DNA of 64,000 bases from Bacillota bacterium (GCA_012518215.1 JAAYSV010000041.1:30931-94930); one strand, 5' to 3'; counted from the first letter of the stretch, positions 9,787 through 20,066 are shown. Made by a program: numbers and translations. The notes: generated from the letters alone by a model not told the origin.

Positions 9787-10161
9787 TCAGCCGGCCTCTG
9801 CCATGCTTCTCGAGGCAACGATGTCCGTCCCCGTGCCCAGAACGTTCTTGATGATCACATCCCCCACCTTGACAGGCGCAGTTACCCTGACCTTGTTTAT
9901 CTCCTTCATACAATCAAAAATCATATCCTTGGGGATGGGGTGGTTCGTCCTGACGGGAAGCAGCCCCAGAGCTGCCCCCGTGATGGGCACGGTGGAACAT
10001 ATATTCCTGCGCGGATCGCGCATCTCCTCGATCCCGTATTTGATTCCCCGCTTGCAGGTGTGCCCTTCCACGGTGTAACCGCCTTCAGCCTCCCTGTTCT
10101 CCTCGACCAGCAACTTGCATCCTACCGGACAGACGATGCAGATGATCTCCTTCTTGCTCAT
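9787..10161 (-). CDS. DUF1667 protein, Cys-cluster small subunit of the FAD-oxidoreductase trio
   Basis: 124 aa with N-terminal CxxCPxGC motif. 4-nt overlap with the upstream oxidoreductase. Confidence 0.6.
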   Translation of the reverse strand: MSKKEIICIVCPVGCKLLVEENREAEGGYTVEGHTCKRGIKYGIEEMRDPRRNICSTVPITGAALGLLPVRTNHPIPKDMIFDCMKEINKVRVTAPVKVGDVIIKNVLGTGTDIVASRSMAEAG

Positions 10162-11429
10162 TCTTCCGGCACCTCCTCGACCTCCACGGAGAGAACAGAA
10201 ACGTCCTTCAGCATGTCGGCCCGCAGGGGCATCATCTCCATCTCGCCGGGATAGATACGGATACCTTTCCTGGTCTTCAATATCCTCCCGTCTCCCTTCA
10301 GGATCAACCTCGCCTTCTTGTACATTCTGTCCACCCTGAACATGAGATCGATGCTCTCCCCGATCTTTGCCACATCGATGGTATGCGGCACAATATATTT
10401 TATACCGCGTTCCGGTCTGACCGTTATCTTCCGGCCGCCAGGTTCCCGCTCTCCGGATCCGGCCCTAACATAATCAGCTGCCGCCCGCCCCGCTATCCGG
10501 CTTTCCTCGGTTACAAAGTCAACGATGTCATGAACGTGGAGAACATTCCCGCAGGCAAAGATACCCTCGACGCTTGTCTCCCGGGACTCACTCACCACCG
10601 GCCCCCTGGACCCCCGATCCATCATCACGCCCGCCTTCAGGGAAAGTTCATTCTCCGGTATGAGCCCCACCGAAAGCAGAAGCGTGTCACATTCCATGAA
10701 TTCCTCCGTACCGGGCAGGGGCCTCTCCCTGTCATCAAGCTTGACCACCGTCACCCCTTCGACCCGTTCTTCCCCGGAAACGCTCGTTATCGTATGCTTC
10801 AACAGCAGGGGGATATTGTAATCGTGGAGGCACTGCACCACATTCCTGGTCAGCCCGCCCGGGTACGGCTTGCGCGCCATGATCGCCTTCACCTCGGCAC
10901 CTTCAAGCGCCAGCCGGCGGGCCATGATCAGCCCTATGTCGCCGGTACCCATGATAACCACCTTCTTGCCGACCATGTACCCCTCGATATTGATCAATTT
11001 CTGCGCGGCCCCCGCGGAGAAGATGCCCGCGGGTCTTGAACCCGGAAGGCCGATGGCCCCCCTTGTATTTTCACGGCACCCCATCGCCAGGATGATCGCC
11101 CTGGCTTTGATTGTCCTGAACCCATCCACGGGATTGACAAAGGAAACCTCTTTTTGCGGGGAGATATCCAGAACCATCGTGTCCGTCTTGCAAGGTATGG
11201 CCAACGCCTTTGCCTCGTCAATGAATCTTTCGGCATACTCCGGACCGGTCAATTCTTCCTTGAAGATGTGCAGTCCGAAACCATAATGGATACACTGTTG
11301 CAGTATCCCCCCCAGCTCGCTCTCCCTCTCCAGGATGAGGATGTCGTCGACACCGCTCCTTCTGGCCTCTATTGCCGCCGCAAGCCCCGCGGGGCCACCG
11401 CCAATAACGATGATCTCGTGATCGGTCAT
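10158..11429 (-). CDS. NAD(P)/FAD-dependent pyridine nucleotide-disulfide family oxidoreductase
   Basis: Two Rossmann dinucleotide motifs (VIGGGPAGLAAA and VVIMGTGDIGL). Confidence 0.7.
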   Translation of the reverse strand: MTDHEIIVIGGGPAGLAAAIEARRSGVDDILILERESELGGILQQCIHYGFGLHIFKEELTGPEYAERFIDEAKALAIPCKTDTMVLDISPQKEVSFVNPVDGFRTIKARAIILAMGCRENTRGAIGLPGSRPAGIFSAGAAQKLINIEGYMVGKKVVIMGTGDIGLIMARRLALEGAEVKAIMARKPYPGGLTRNVVQCLHDYNIPLLLKHTITSVSGEERVEGVTVVKLDDRERPLPGTEEFMECDTLLLSVGLIPENELSLKAGVMMDRGSRGPVVSESRETSVEGIFACGNVLHVHDIVDFVTEESRIAGRAAADYVRAGSGEREPGGRKITVRPERGIKYIVPHTIDVAKIGESIDLMFRVDRMYKKARLILKGDGRILKTRKGIRIYPGEMEMMPLRADMLKDVSVLSVEVEEVPEE

Positions 11430-12985
11430 CGTCTTCCCTCCTCGGGTATCCCCTTTTTTGTGGTTCCGGTCAGTACCCGGGAATCCTTGCCCTTCTTGAC
11501 CACATCCAGAACGCTTATCTGCAGCTCGCGCGAGAGAATCTCCATGGTCCGGGAACTGCAGAAACCTCCCTGGCAGCGGCCCATCCCCGGCCTGACCCGC
11601 CGTTTGATCCCATCCAGGGAAGTGGCCCCCGCTTTTCTTCTGATCGCATCCACGATCTCCCCCTCGGTGACCTGCTCACAGCGGCAGACGATCCTTCCGT
11701 AGAGCGGATCCTTTTTTATCAGAGCCGCCTTCTCCTCGGGGCTCAGGGCGCTGAACCTGATCACCTTCCGGCGCCGGGGGTTGAAGTCCTCCTTCTCCTC
11801 CAGCCCGCCGGTGATCTCTTTCATGATCTCCACGATATGAAGGGCGATGGCCGGAGCCGAAGTCAGCCCCGGGGATTCGATGCCGGCCACATTGATGAAC
11901 CCTTTGACCCGGTCGGAGGCACCGATGATAAAATCGCCGCCATCCGGGGTAGCCCTCAAACCCGTGAATTGTGTGATACATTGATTGAATGGAATGCGCG
12001 AACATGTTTTCGCCGCCTCCGCCCTGACATAATCAAGCCGGGCACGGGTAGTGGCGAAATTTGTCTTCTCATCGACATCCTCGGAATCCGGGCCCACGAG
12101 GAGGTTGCCATGCACGGTGGGCAGAACGAGCACCCCCTTGCCCATCTTACCGGGGCACTGAAAGATGGGCATGCTCACCAGGTTGCCCGCGGTCTTGTCC
12201 AGCACAAAATACTGCCCCCGGCGTGGGGTTATCCTGAAATCGGACTCGGTGACCATCCCGTAGATCTCATCGGCATGCAGCCCGGCACAATTGATTATAT
12301 ACCGAGTCTTGAAAACACCATCGTTGGTGATAACCTTGAATTCATCCCCAATTTTCTGTATATCTTCAACCTGCCGATTAAGGAAAAGTTGAGCCCCGTT
12401 CTCCAGGGCATTTTCGGTGAGAGCCACGGTCAATTCAAAGGGGCAAACTATGCCACAGTCCGGAGCCAGGAGCGCCCCGACCACCGTGTCATTGAGGTTG
12501 GGCTCAAGTTCTGCAACCTCCTCCGCATCGAGGATGCGGAGCCGCTTGACCCCGTTGGCCATACCGCGATCGTAGAGGTCCTGCAGAACTTGCAATTCTT
12601 CATCATTGAAAGCAACAACCATGGATCCCGTTCTCTTGAAAGGCACATCCAGTTCCTCGGAAAGCCGATCGAACAGGGGGTTGCCGAGAACATTGAATCT
12701 GGCCTTCAATGTTCCGGGTACGGGGTCGTAACCGCAGTGCACTATGGCACTGTTCGCCTTGGTCGTCCCCTCGGCCACATCATTGTTTTTTTCCAGAATG
12801 GCGATCTTGAGCTTGTATCTTGATAATTCTCTTGCCACGGAGGCACCCGATATACCCGCGCCGATCACAATTACATCATAGAGCATGGCTGCAATCACCT
12901 TTCCTGCCTCGATGCAGGGGGGAGAAAGCGGAATATTTATCTCCCGGGAGATCCCATCTTCAAGGCTTCGGGAATGAAGGAGCAA
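11426..12985 (-). CDS. FAD-dependent oxidoreductase of the glycerol-3-phosphate dehydrogenase (GlpA/GlpD-like) family with C-terminal BFD-like [2Fe-2S] domain
   Basis: N-terminal DVIVIGAGISGAS FAD motif and C-terminal CRCE...C..GFC cysteine pattern. Operonic with the two genes above (4-nt overlaps). Confidence 0.7.
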   Translation of the reverse strand: MLLHSRSLEDGISREINIPLSPPCIEAGKVIAAMLYDVIVIGAGISGASVARELSRYKLKIAILEKNNDVAEGTTKANSAIVHCGYDPVPGTLKARFNVLGNPLFDRLSEELDVPFKRTGSMVVAFNDEELQVLQDLYDRGMANGVKRLRILDAEEVAELEPNLNDTVVGALLAPDCGIVCPFELTVALTENALENGAQLFLNRQVEDIQKIGDEFKVITNDGVFKTRYIINCAGLHADEIYGMVTESDFRITPRRGQYFVLDKTAGNLVSMPIFQCPGKMGKGVLVLPTVHGNLLVGPDSEDVDEKTNFATTRARLDYVRAEAAKTCSRIPFNQCITQFTGLRATPDGGDFIIGASDRVKGFINVAGIESPGLTSAPAIALHIVEIMKEITGGLEEKEDFNPRRRKVIRFSALSPEEKAALIKKDPLYGRIVCRCEQVTEGEIVDAIRRKAGATSLDGIKRRVRPGMGRCQGGFCSSRTMEILSRELQISVLDVVKKGKDSRVLTGTTKKGIPEEGRR

Positions 12986-13475
12986 TCCTACAGATCGAGG
13001 AATTTTTCAACAATTATGACCAATTTAACGACATCCAACACAGGTTTCTCAAAAATAATTATAACAACCCTCAAATCCAGTGTCAATTGATACAACGCGG
13101 TGCAGACCCCCTACCGGGGAGCCGTGGGGGGGCCAACTTGAAAAACGTCTTCACCGCCATGACCACCAACTTGCCTATCATCATCCCTGCCATGGAAGTA
13201 AATGAACTCCGGCAGAAAAATTACTGTTTGTTGTTGAAAAACTCTGGTTCCTGTTCCGGTATCAAGAAGAAATAGTTTCCGTTTGCCGTGGTGCGGGTAA
13301 CGCGTGGAAATTCAGAGGAAGCCCTGTTTATGCAAGTCTTCCACTCTTGGATAGCTTTCAGGTACTGAAGAAAATGGTTTTTTCCCGATCGAAAGGAAAA
13401 ATGAAGGGATTTTACTCACTTTTCCCGAATTTATCAATGTTGTAACAATAGCGCTAATAACATAACACCGAGGTA

Positions 13476-14435
13476 ATGGCTGTGCAAGTCGTTCACAACA
13501 ATGCTGAAACCTTCGATCAACCAAATTGTATCGTGGTCTCCGGTCTGCAGAAGAGCTACGGCCCGGTAAAAGCCGTGAATGGAATTGACTTTACCGTGAA
13601 AAGGGGCGAGATCTTCGGAATGCTGGGTCCCAATGGCGCCGGAAAAAGCACCACCGTGGAAATCCTCGCCGGCCTACGTCAGCGCGATGCCGGCAGGGTA
13701 ACGGTGTTGGACATGGACCCGGGTACCGGCAGTAGCAAGCTGAAATCCAGGATTGGCATGCAGCTCCAGAGTGTGTCCCTTTATCCGCGACTCAAGGTGA
13801 CCGAGATTCTCCGGTTGTTTGCCAGTTTCTACCGCCATCCCCTGTCCCCCGCCGAGGTACTCAAACGAGTTGATCTTGTAGACAAAGCCGCAAGCTTGAC
13901 CAATACATTGTCGGGCGGTCAGTCCCAACGCCTCGCCATAGCCATCGCCATGATCGGTGATGGGGAACTGCTATTCCTTGACGAGCCGACCACGGGGCTC
14001 GATCCGCAGGCCAGGCGTCTCCTCTGGGAGGTCATCGCCACTCTGAAACAAGAAGGCAAGACGGTGGTGCTTACCACCCATTACATGGAGGAGGCCGAAT
14101 ATCTTTGCGACCGGGTGGCGGTCATCGATTTCGGCCGCATCATCGCCCTGGGCAGCCCCTCGGAACTGATTGCCGCGCAATTTCAAGAACAGGCCATTGA
14201 ATTCGACGCCCCCGGGTTCTCCGGCGAGGACGAACTTCATCAACTGGACGGGGTAAAGCGGGCCGAAAGCAACGGAGACACCGTCACCCTTTACACCACC
14301 GATGCAATCCGAACCATGGAAGCTGTTCTGTCCCTGGCTGCCGCCAGGGGCATAGACGTGCAAAACTTTACCGTGCGGCGGGCTACCCTGGAAGATCTTT
14401 TTCTGAAACTGACCGGAAGGAGGATCAGGGAATGA
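13476..14435 (+). CDS. ABC transporter ATP-binding protein (ABC-2 exporter type)
   Basis: Walker A GPNGAGKST, signature LSGGQ, Walker B LLFLDEP. Confidence 0.8.
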   Translation: MAVQVVHNNAETFDQPNCIVVSGLQKSYGPVKAVNGIDFTVKRGEIFGMLGPNGAGKSTTVEILAGLRQRDAGRVTVLDMDPGTGSSKLKSRIGMQLQSVSLYPRLKVTEILRLFASFYRHPLSPAEVLKRVDLVDKAASLTNTLSGGQSQRLAIAIAMIGDGELLFLDEPTTGLDPQARRLLWEVIATLKQEGKTVVLTTHYMEEAEYLCDRVAVIDFGRIIALGSPSELIAAQFQEQAIEFDAPGFSGEDELHQLDGVKRAESNGDTVTLYTTDAIRTMEAVLSLAAARGIDVQNFTVRRATLEDLFLKLTGRRIRE

Positions 14436-15514
14436 AAACCTACCTTGAACTGGTCAGGGCCACCGCCAAAAATATGTTCAGGGATCGCATGGTTCTATTC
14501 TGGTTCCTGGCTTTCCCACTCCTGTTCATCTTGCTTTTCGGTACCATCTTCTCCGATGATACCGTTATCGCCGATTTTCCCATCGGCCTGGTTGGGGATG
14601 ATGGCGAGGTCAGCCGCGCCCTGTATCTGGCCCTCGATCAAACGGATGCATTTACCGTCCACGTCGGCTCCAGGGAAGGCGAGCTGGAAGCATTGCAGGA
14701 TGGATCCCGGCAACTGGTCATCCTGCTTCCTCCCGATCCCGATACCCTCCTGTCCCGGGGAGAACAGCTCGAGATCACTTTTTACTACGATGAACACAAT
14801 CAGGCTGTGAACCGGGTCCTCGTTTCCTCGGTCAGCGAGATACTCCAGGAAATTGAACGGGGTATGACCGGAAGGCCGCGGGTATTCATCATCAGCACCG
14901 AGGCTGTCCAGGCCGACAATCTGCGGGCGGTCGATTTCCTGATTCCCGGTGTTCTGGCCATGGCCCTGATGCAGCTCGGACTCTTTGGTTCGCTGCATAT
15001 CGTGGGACTCCGTGAACGCAAGGTGTTGCGCCAGCTCAACGTGACCCCCTTGCCCAGGGGCCTTCTGATTGCCAGTGAAATCACCGTGCGTCTCTTTCTG
15101 GCCATGATCCAGACCGTGCTGATCCTGGTCATAGGCCACCTGTTTTACAAGGTCAATATAGTGGGCAACTGGCCGGCACTCATCGGTATCGTCATCCTGG
15201 GGGCAGCGGTGTTTGTCAGTTTCGGATACATGTTGACCTGCTTCGTCAAATCGGAGGAGAGCGGCAACGGCGTCATCCAGCTGGTGCAGTTTCCGATGAT
15301 GTTCCTCTCCGGCATCTTCTTCCCCATAGAGGTGATGCCGGATTTCATCAAACCGATCATGAAGGCAATACCCCTTACCTATCTGGCCGATCTTCTTCGC
15401 CACCAGATCACCGGTCAGGTTCCGCTGCATACCCCGGCTACCAATCTGGCCGTCCTGGGGGGATGGCTGGTCGTCTCCCTGCTCGTGGCCATCCGTTTCT
15501 TCCGTTGGGAATAA
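14432..15514 (+). CDS. ABC-2 family transporter permease
   Basis: 4-nt overlap with the ATPase. N-terminal TM, large extracytoplasmic loop, C-terminal multi-TM region. Confidence 0.7.
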   Translation: MKTYLELVRATAKNMFRDRMVLFWFLAFPLLFILLFGTIFSDDTVIADFPIGLVGDDGEVSRALYLALDQTDAFTVHVGSREGELEALQDGSRQLVILLPPDPDTLLSRGEQLEITFYYDEHNQAVNRVLVSSVSEILQEIERGMTGRPRVFIISTEAVQADNLRAVDFLIPGVLAMALMQLGLFGSLHIVGLRERKVLRQLNVTPLPRGLLIASEITVRLFLAMIQTVLILVIGHLFYKVNIVGNWPALIGIVILGAAVFVSFGYMLTCFVKSEESGNGVIQLVQFPMMFLSGIFFPIEVMPDFIKPIMKAIPLTYLADLLRHQITGQVPLHTPATNLAVLGGWLVVSLLVAIRFFRWE

Positions 15515-15556
15515 AAATTTCGGAAAATACCGGTCAGAAGGTGTTGTCCGGACAAA

Positions 15557-16924
15557 TCATGTTTCCGTGTTTTCTTTCCAGAAGCGCAGGATGATCATGC
15601 CCACCAGGGCCACGGCAAGAATGCCTGCAAATGCCAGCAGGGTCTTCCCCAGGGACCAACCCCAGAGGACGGGGGCGTTGATCAGCAGCATGGAAACGAG
15701 GATAACCGGAGCACTGAAAATATTCATGATCCCCAGTTCCAATGCCGTGCCGGTCCTGAACTCGGGATCGACGATGCGCAGGAGCAGCAGGCCGGTTGAG
15801 ACCGTCCCCGTGCAGGTGCCGAATATGGCCATCGTGCGCTCAAGGCTGTTCCGGCGCAGGCGGCCGCCCAGATAGAAGATGACCGCCATCGTGGCCGCGG
15901 TAACCAGAGCAACCGTGATCAGTATGGGCACTATGAACTCCCTGACCACCACCAGCTGTATCGCCATGGTGGTGGCCACGATCAGAAAGTCCACCGCCCA
16001 ACCGGTAACGCGGCGCTGAACTCCCTCATCGATGATATGATCAACCTGGAGCGGTGACATCAATGTCCTCAGAAGCAGGGCCAGCAGCAGACCCGCGAAA
16101 AAGAAGAAACCCCAGAGCATATCGGCCATTTCCGGGCCGAGCAGGCCCCCCACAAATTTTATGAGATGATAAGCGAGGATATAAACCAGCCCCACCAGGG
16201 CAAAATGCAGTGCCAGGCTATCCACATTGCCGGCGTGGGCTGTCTGGAAACCGGCCGGTTCTTTCCTCTCCCCCTTGCTGACCAGCCCCCTGAAAAAATC
16301 CCGGGAGAGCGCCTGTGGTACATACTGCGACCGCCCCTTGCGGATACCCCGATTGGCGAGGGGAACGCCCAGGAAGAAACAGACCATGAATCCTGCAGCC
16401 GCGAAGGTCAGGCCGATGGTAGCCGCAAACTGAAACCCGGCCCCCTCCCACACCTTGCCGATGGAGAGCGCCTGCCCCGGCCCCTCCGTGAAACCGAGAG
16501 CTGCCAGAAACCCGAAAGTGGAAAACAGGTCGTAACGGAAAATATTCAGGACAAGCACCACCAGACCCCCGATGATCGCCTGCAGCGGCCAGGAGATTCC
16601 CTGAACCAGCGCCATCCAGACCGCCCCCCTGACCCTATCCTTGCCTCCACCCGGCGCCGCTGCAACCTGTTCCCCCGGAGTGAGCCCCAGGGAAATGAAG
16701 GAAATATTGAAGAGATGGTAAGCGAAACCTTCCAGCATGTTTACCGGAACATCGATAACATTGTAATGCATCAGGACCAGCCCCAACACGCCGCCGATAA
16801 GACAGCTGGGAAATAGAAACCTCTGCAAGAAGGGGACCGTGGCGCGGAGCAAGGTCCCCGCCAGCAACATGATGCTGAGCCACCCGAAACACAACAGGAG
16901 TTCGAAAGGAAAGGGTATGTTCAT
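15557..16924 (-). CDS. Polytopic membrane transporter, probably sodium/glutamate symporter GltS family
   Basis: 455 aa, highly hydrophobic with two repeated halves. Assignment from overall resemblance only. Confidence 0.45.
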   Translation of the reverse strand: MNIPFPFELLLCFGWLSIMLLAGTLLRATVPFLQRFLFPSCLIGGVLGLVLMHYNVIDVPVNMLEGFAYHLFNISFISLGLTPGEQVAAAPGGGKDRVRGAVWMALVQGISWPLQAIIGGLVVLVLNIFRYDLFSTFGFLAALGFTEGPGQALSIGKVWEGAGFQFAATIGLTFAAAGFMVCFFLGVPLANRGIRKGRSQYVPQALSRDFFRGLVSKGERKEPAGFQTAHAGNVDSLALHFALVGLVYILAYHLIKFVGGLLGPEMADMLWGFFFFAGLLLALLLRTLMSPLQVDHIIDEGVQRRVTGWAVDFLIVATTMAIQLVVVREFIVPILITVALVTAATMAVIFYLGGRLRRNSLERTMAIFGTCTGTVSTGLLLLRIVDPEFRTGTALELGIMNIFSAPVILVSMLLINAPVLWGWSLGKTLLAFAGILAVALVGMIILRFWKENTET

Positions 16925-17218
16925 CTACATTCCTCCGCCCGGGAGAGGTGAAACAAACTCCGCTCCCATCGATATGGTAGACACCACCGGGCACCTGGAT
17001 GTGTCATTCCCGGATAGTATCCCCAGAAAATTATACCAAATATCCAGAAAACGGGTCAATCACAACAAATTTATGTTCTGACCACTTATTTTGAATTTCA
17101 GGGCCGGCAATTGGGACGGCCAAGAAGTAAAACCACGAAAAACCCAATTCCGGGGGATAAGAGGCCGATATTGCTGCATATTACCCTGTACATGGCCTGC
17201 CTTCCTGCGCCGCCGGGA

Positions 17219-17276
17219 TTGTTCCCCGGCCGGGCCCGCTGTATAATGGGGAATAGGGTAGGGGGGTATAGTATAT
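17219..17276 (+). promoter_or_regulatory. csoR-copA promoter (-35 TTGTTC, 17-nt spacer, -10 TATAAT at ~17242-17247) with a G-tract pseudo-palindrome ATAGGGTAGGGGGGTATAGTATA immediately downstream (candidate CsoR operator)
   Basis: Hexamers read from sequence. The G-tract box resembles the B. subtilis copZA CsoR box (TACCCTACGGGGGTATGGTA). It lies between the -10 and the csoR ATG. Confidence 0.4.
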
Positions 17277-17291
17277 TTGCAAGTTGAGGTG

Positions 17292-17612
17292 ATGGTAGTG
17301 GAGAAGATTGAAGAGAGCTGTCATGACGGGAAAAAAAAGAGAAGCTGGCAGGACGAGAAGGCAGTCCGGCAGCTCGTTGTAAGGCTCAACCGCATTGAAG
17401 GGCAGGTGCGGGGGATCAGAAAGATGATCGAAGATGAAGCATACTGCGATGATATTTTGAACCAGATCGCTTCGGCCAAATCCGCCATCGATGGTGTAGC
17501 CAGATTGTTGCTGGAAAAGCACATGAAGTCCTGTATCAGGGATCAACTCATGGAAGGCGATGAACGTGTTTTCGATGAGCTGCTGAAGACGATCTCCCGG
17601 ATGATAAGGTAA
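17292..17612 (+). CDS. csoR: CsoR-family copper-sensing transcriptional repressor
   Basis: ~106 aa. The conserved C...H...C metal-ligand pattern of CsoR/RcnR is present (CHDGKK, HMKSCIRDQL). ATG at ~17292 is preceded by GAGGTG, whereas the ORF track uses an upstream TTG. Confidence 0.8.
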   Translation: MVVEKIEESCHDGKKKRSWQDEKAVRQLVVRLNRIEGQVRGIRKMIEDEAYCDDILNQIASAKSAIDGVARLLLEKHMKSCIRDQLMEGDERVFDELLKTISRMIR

Positions 17613-17636
17613 GTTGAGAGAAGGAGGAAGCAAGCG

Positions 17637-20066
17637 ATGACAACTGAAGTTATGGACCAAAGAAACAATCAGACGACCATAACCATTCCCATCACAGGAA
17701 TGAATTGTGCCGCCTGTTCCGCCAGGGTGGAAAAAGGATTGCTCTCGTTGCCCGGAATTTCTTCTGCAAACGTCAATCCGCTGGCGGGAAAGGGCACCAT
17801 AAACTACGATCCAGGCAAAATTGAACCCCGAAAGATGGTGGAACGAGTCGCTGAACTGGGTTTCGGGGTTCCGGCCGCACAACAGGAATTGCTGATTTCC
17901 GGGATGTCATGCACGGCATGTTCTGCACGGGTCGAGGGCAGGCTGAACTCCCTGCCCGGTGTGCAGGAGACCGCTGTCAATCTGGCCACAGGCAGAACCA
18001 GGGTCGCCTATATTCCCGGGATGACCAGCGCTGCAGAGATGGAAAGAGCGGTGAAAGAACTGGGCTTCACCGTCCATCTGCCCCAGGATCTTGCCTCCGG
18101 CGAGGTAACAGGAGCCAGGAAGAGGGAAAGAAACCAACAACTGTTCAGGTTCATCCTGGCGGTTATCCTCACCCTCCCCCTGGCGGCGATGATGATCTCC
18201 TCGCATCTGGGACTGTCCTTCAAAATCGACCCCTGGGTGCAGCTGGCCCTGGCCACACCGGTTCAATTCCTCGCCGGTTGGACCTTCTATTCCGGGGCCT
18301 ACCGCTCCCTCAAAACCGGCGGTGCAAACATGGATGTCCTGGTGTCGCTGGGTACATCGGTGGCCTATTTCTACAGTCTGGCCTCTTTGATAGCCGGCTG
18401 GGGGCACATTTACTTCGAATCCGCAGCCATGCTCATCACCATCATCCTGCTGGGCAAATTGCTGGAGACCGTGGCCAAGGGAAGAACCTCGGAGGCCATC
18501 GAAAAGTTGATAGAACTGCAGGCCAAAACAGCCCGCGTGCTCCGTGACGGTGTGGAGACAGATATACCCGCGGATCGCGTCTTGCCCGGTGATCTGGTCG
18601 TGGTACGCCCGGGAGAGAGGGTCCCCGTGGACGGGGTTATCGAGGAAGGAAACACCACCATCGATGAATCGCACCTTACCGGCGAGAGCATGCCGGTAGG
18701 CAAGAATCCCGGCGATGAAGTCGTCGGCGCCTCCATCAACAATTACGGCAGCTTCACTTTTCGGGCCACCAAGGTGGGGCAGGACACGGTCCTGGCACAG
18801 ATCATCCGCCTGGTGGAGGAAGCGCAGGGCACCAAGGCCCCGATCCAGCGCCTGGCCGACCGGGTTTCCAACGTTTTTGTTCCGGCCATAATAGCCATCG
18901 CCCTGATCACCTTCGTCGGTTGGTACATCAGCGGGGCAGGTTTCGAAAATTCCCTGATGCACATGGTCACCGTTCTGGTCGTGGCCTGCCCCTGTGCACT
19001 CGGGCTGGCCACCCCCACGGCCATCATGGTGGGAACGGGCGTGGGTGCGGGGAAGGGCATTCTCATCAGGGGCGGGGAACACCTGGAGCGGACAGAGAAA
19101 ATCGATACCGTCGTCCTGGACAAGACGGGGACCATCACCCGGGGCTCCCCGGCGGTAACGGATATTGCCGCCCTGGCCCCCTTCACTGAAGAAGAACTTC
19201 TGGGCATCATCGCTTCCGGGGAAAAAAGATCGGAACACCCCCTGGGGCAGGCCGTGGTCATGGAAGCGGAAAGAAGGGGGATCCCGCCGGAAGAGGTCGA
19301 TAATTTCGAGGCTCTGCCCGGGAAGGGGATCAGGTTCGATCTGGGTGGCAACTCCTGGCTGATCGGCAACGAGAAGCTGTCCGATGAAGCTGGCATCGAT
19401 ATCTCCCCGCTGCTTCAAGAGAAAAATCGCTGGGAAGGAGAGGGCAAAACGGTGATGATGGCCATGAGAAAAGACTGCCTCTGCGGGATGCTGGCCCTGG
19501 CCGACACGGCCAAGGAGAGCGCCACCGGGGCCATTGCCGAGTTGCAGCAGATGGGCCTGGATCTTTACATGCTCACCGGTGACCAGAAAAACACGGCCCG
19601 CTCCATCGCCAGACAGGTAGGAATAACCAATGTCATTGCCGAAGTATTACCGCAGCACAAAGCCGAGGAAGTGCAGAAGCTAAAAGATGCCGGACACGTG
19701 GTGGCCATGGTCGGCGACGGGATCAACGATGCACCCGCCCTGGCCACGGCCGATGTGGGAATGGCCATCGGCACCGGGACGGATATAGCCATGGAAAGCG
19801 CCTCCATCACCCTGGTGAAAGGCGATCTGCGGAAAATCGCTTCCGCGATCCGCCTCTCGCGGCGCACCCTGCGCAAGATCAGGCAGAACCTTTTCTGGGC
19901 TTTTTTCTACAACCTGATCACCGTGCCCCTGGCCATCTTCGGTATTTTCACGCCCGTTGTTGGCGGTGCGGCGATGGCCCTGAGTTCGGTGACGGTGGTG
20001 ACCAATTCGCTGTTTCTGAAACGCTACGATCCGGATCGGACCGGGCAGAGTATCGGCAAAAAATGA
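17637..20066 (+). CDS. copA: Copper-translocating P1B-type ATPase with two N-terminal HMA domains
   Basis: Two GM(N/S)C.ACS heavy-metal-binding motifs, CPC in TM6, DKTGT phosphorylation site, GDGINDAP hinge. Confidence 0.9.
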   Translation: MTTEVMDQRNNQTTITIPITGMNCAACSARVEKGLLSLPGISSANVNPLAGKGTINYDPGKIEPRKMVERVAELGFGVPAAQQELLISGMSCTACSARVEGRLNSLPGVQETAVNLATGRTRVAYIPGMTSAAEMERAVKELGFTVHLPQDLASGEVTGARKRERNQQLFRFILAVILTLPLAAMMISSHLGLSFKIDPWVQLALATPVQFLAGWTFYSGAYRSLKTGGANMDVLVSLGTSVAYFYSLASLIAGWGHIYFESAAMLITIILLGKLLETVAKGRTSEAIEKLIELQAKTARVLRDGVETDIPADRVLPGDLVVVRPGERVPVDGVIEEGNTTIDESHLTGESMPVGKNPGDEVVGASINNYGSFTFRATKVGQDTVLAQIIRLVEEAQGTKAPIQRLADRVSNVFVPAIIAIALITFVGWYISGAGFENSLMHMVTVLVVACPCALGLATPTAIMVGTGVGAGKGILIRGGEHLERTEKIDTVVLDKTGTITRGSPAVTDIAALAPFTEEELLGIIASGEKRSEHPLGQAVVMEAERRGIPPEEVDNFEALPGKGIRFDLGGNSWLIGNEKLSDEAGIDISPLLQEKNRWEGEGKTVMMAMRKDCLCGMLALADTAKESATGAIAELQQMGLDLYMLTGDQKNTARSIARQVGITNVIAEVLPQHKAEEVQKLKDAGHVVAMVGDGINDAPALATADVGMAIGTGTDIAMESASITLVKGDLRKIASAIRLSRRTLRKIRQNLFWAFFYNLITVPLAIFGIFTPVVGGAAMALSSVTVVTNSLFLKRYDPDRTGQSIGKK

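Noticed and set aside
9389-9913. 174-aa ORF bridging the pgi start and the DUF1667 end
   Set aside because: Overlaps the ends of two well-supported genes on the same strand region. Its translation is Gly/His/Cys/Arg-rich low complexity without an RBS.
17907-19418. 503-aa ORF antisense to copA, and similar long antisense ORFs (4522-5478, 8064-8948, 10383-11039, 11837-12823, 14495-15430, 20194-21309, 25631-26494, 28108-28962, 30843-31901, 33320-34060, 45615-46730, 50194-51327, 51714-52478, 60786-61694)
   Set aside because: All lie opposite genes with unambiguous family signatures. Their translations are Gly/Arg/Pro/His-rich low-complexity strings with no recognisable motifs. This is the usual stop-codon-poor antisense frame artefact of GC-rich coding DNA.
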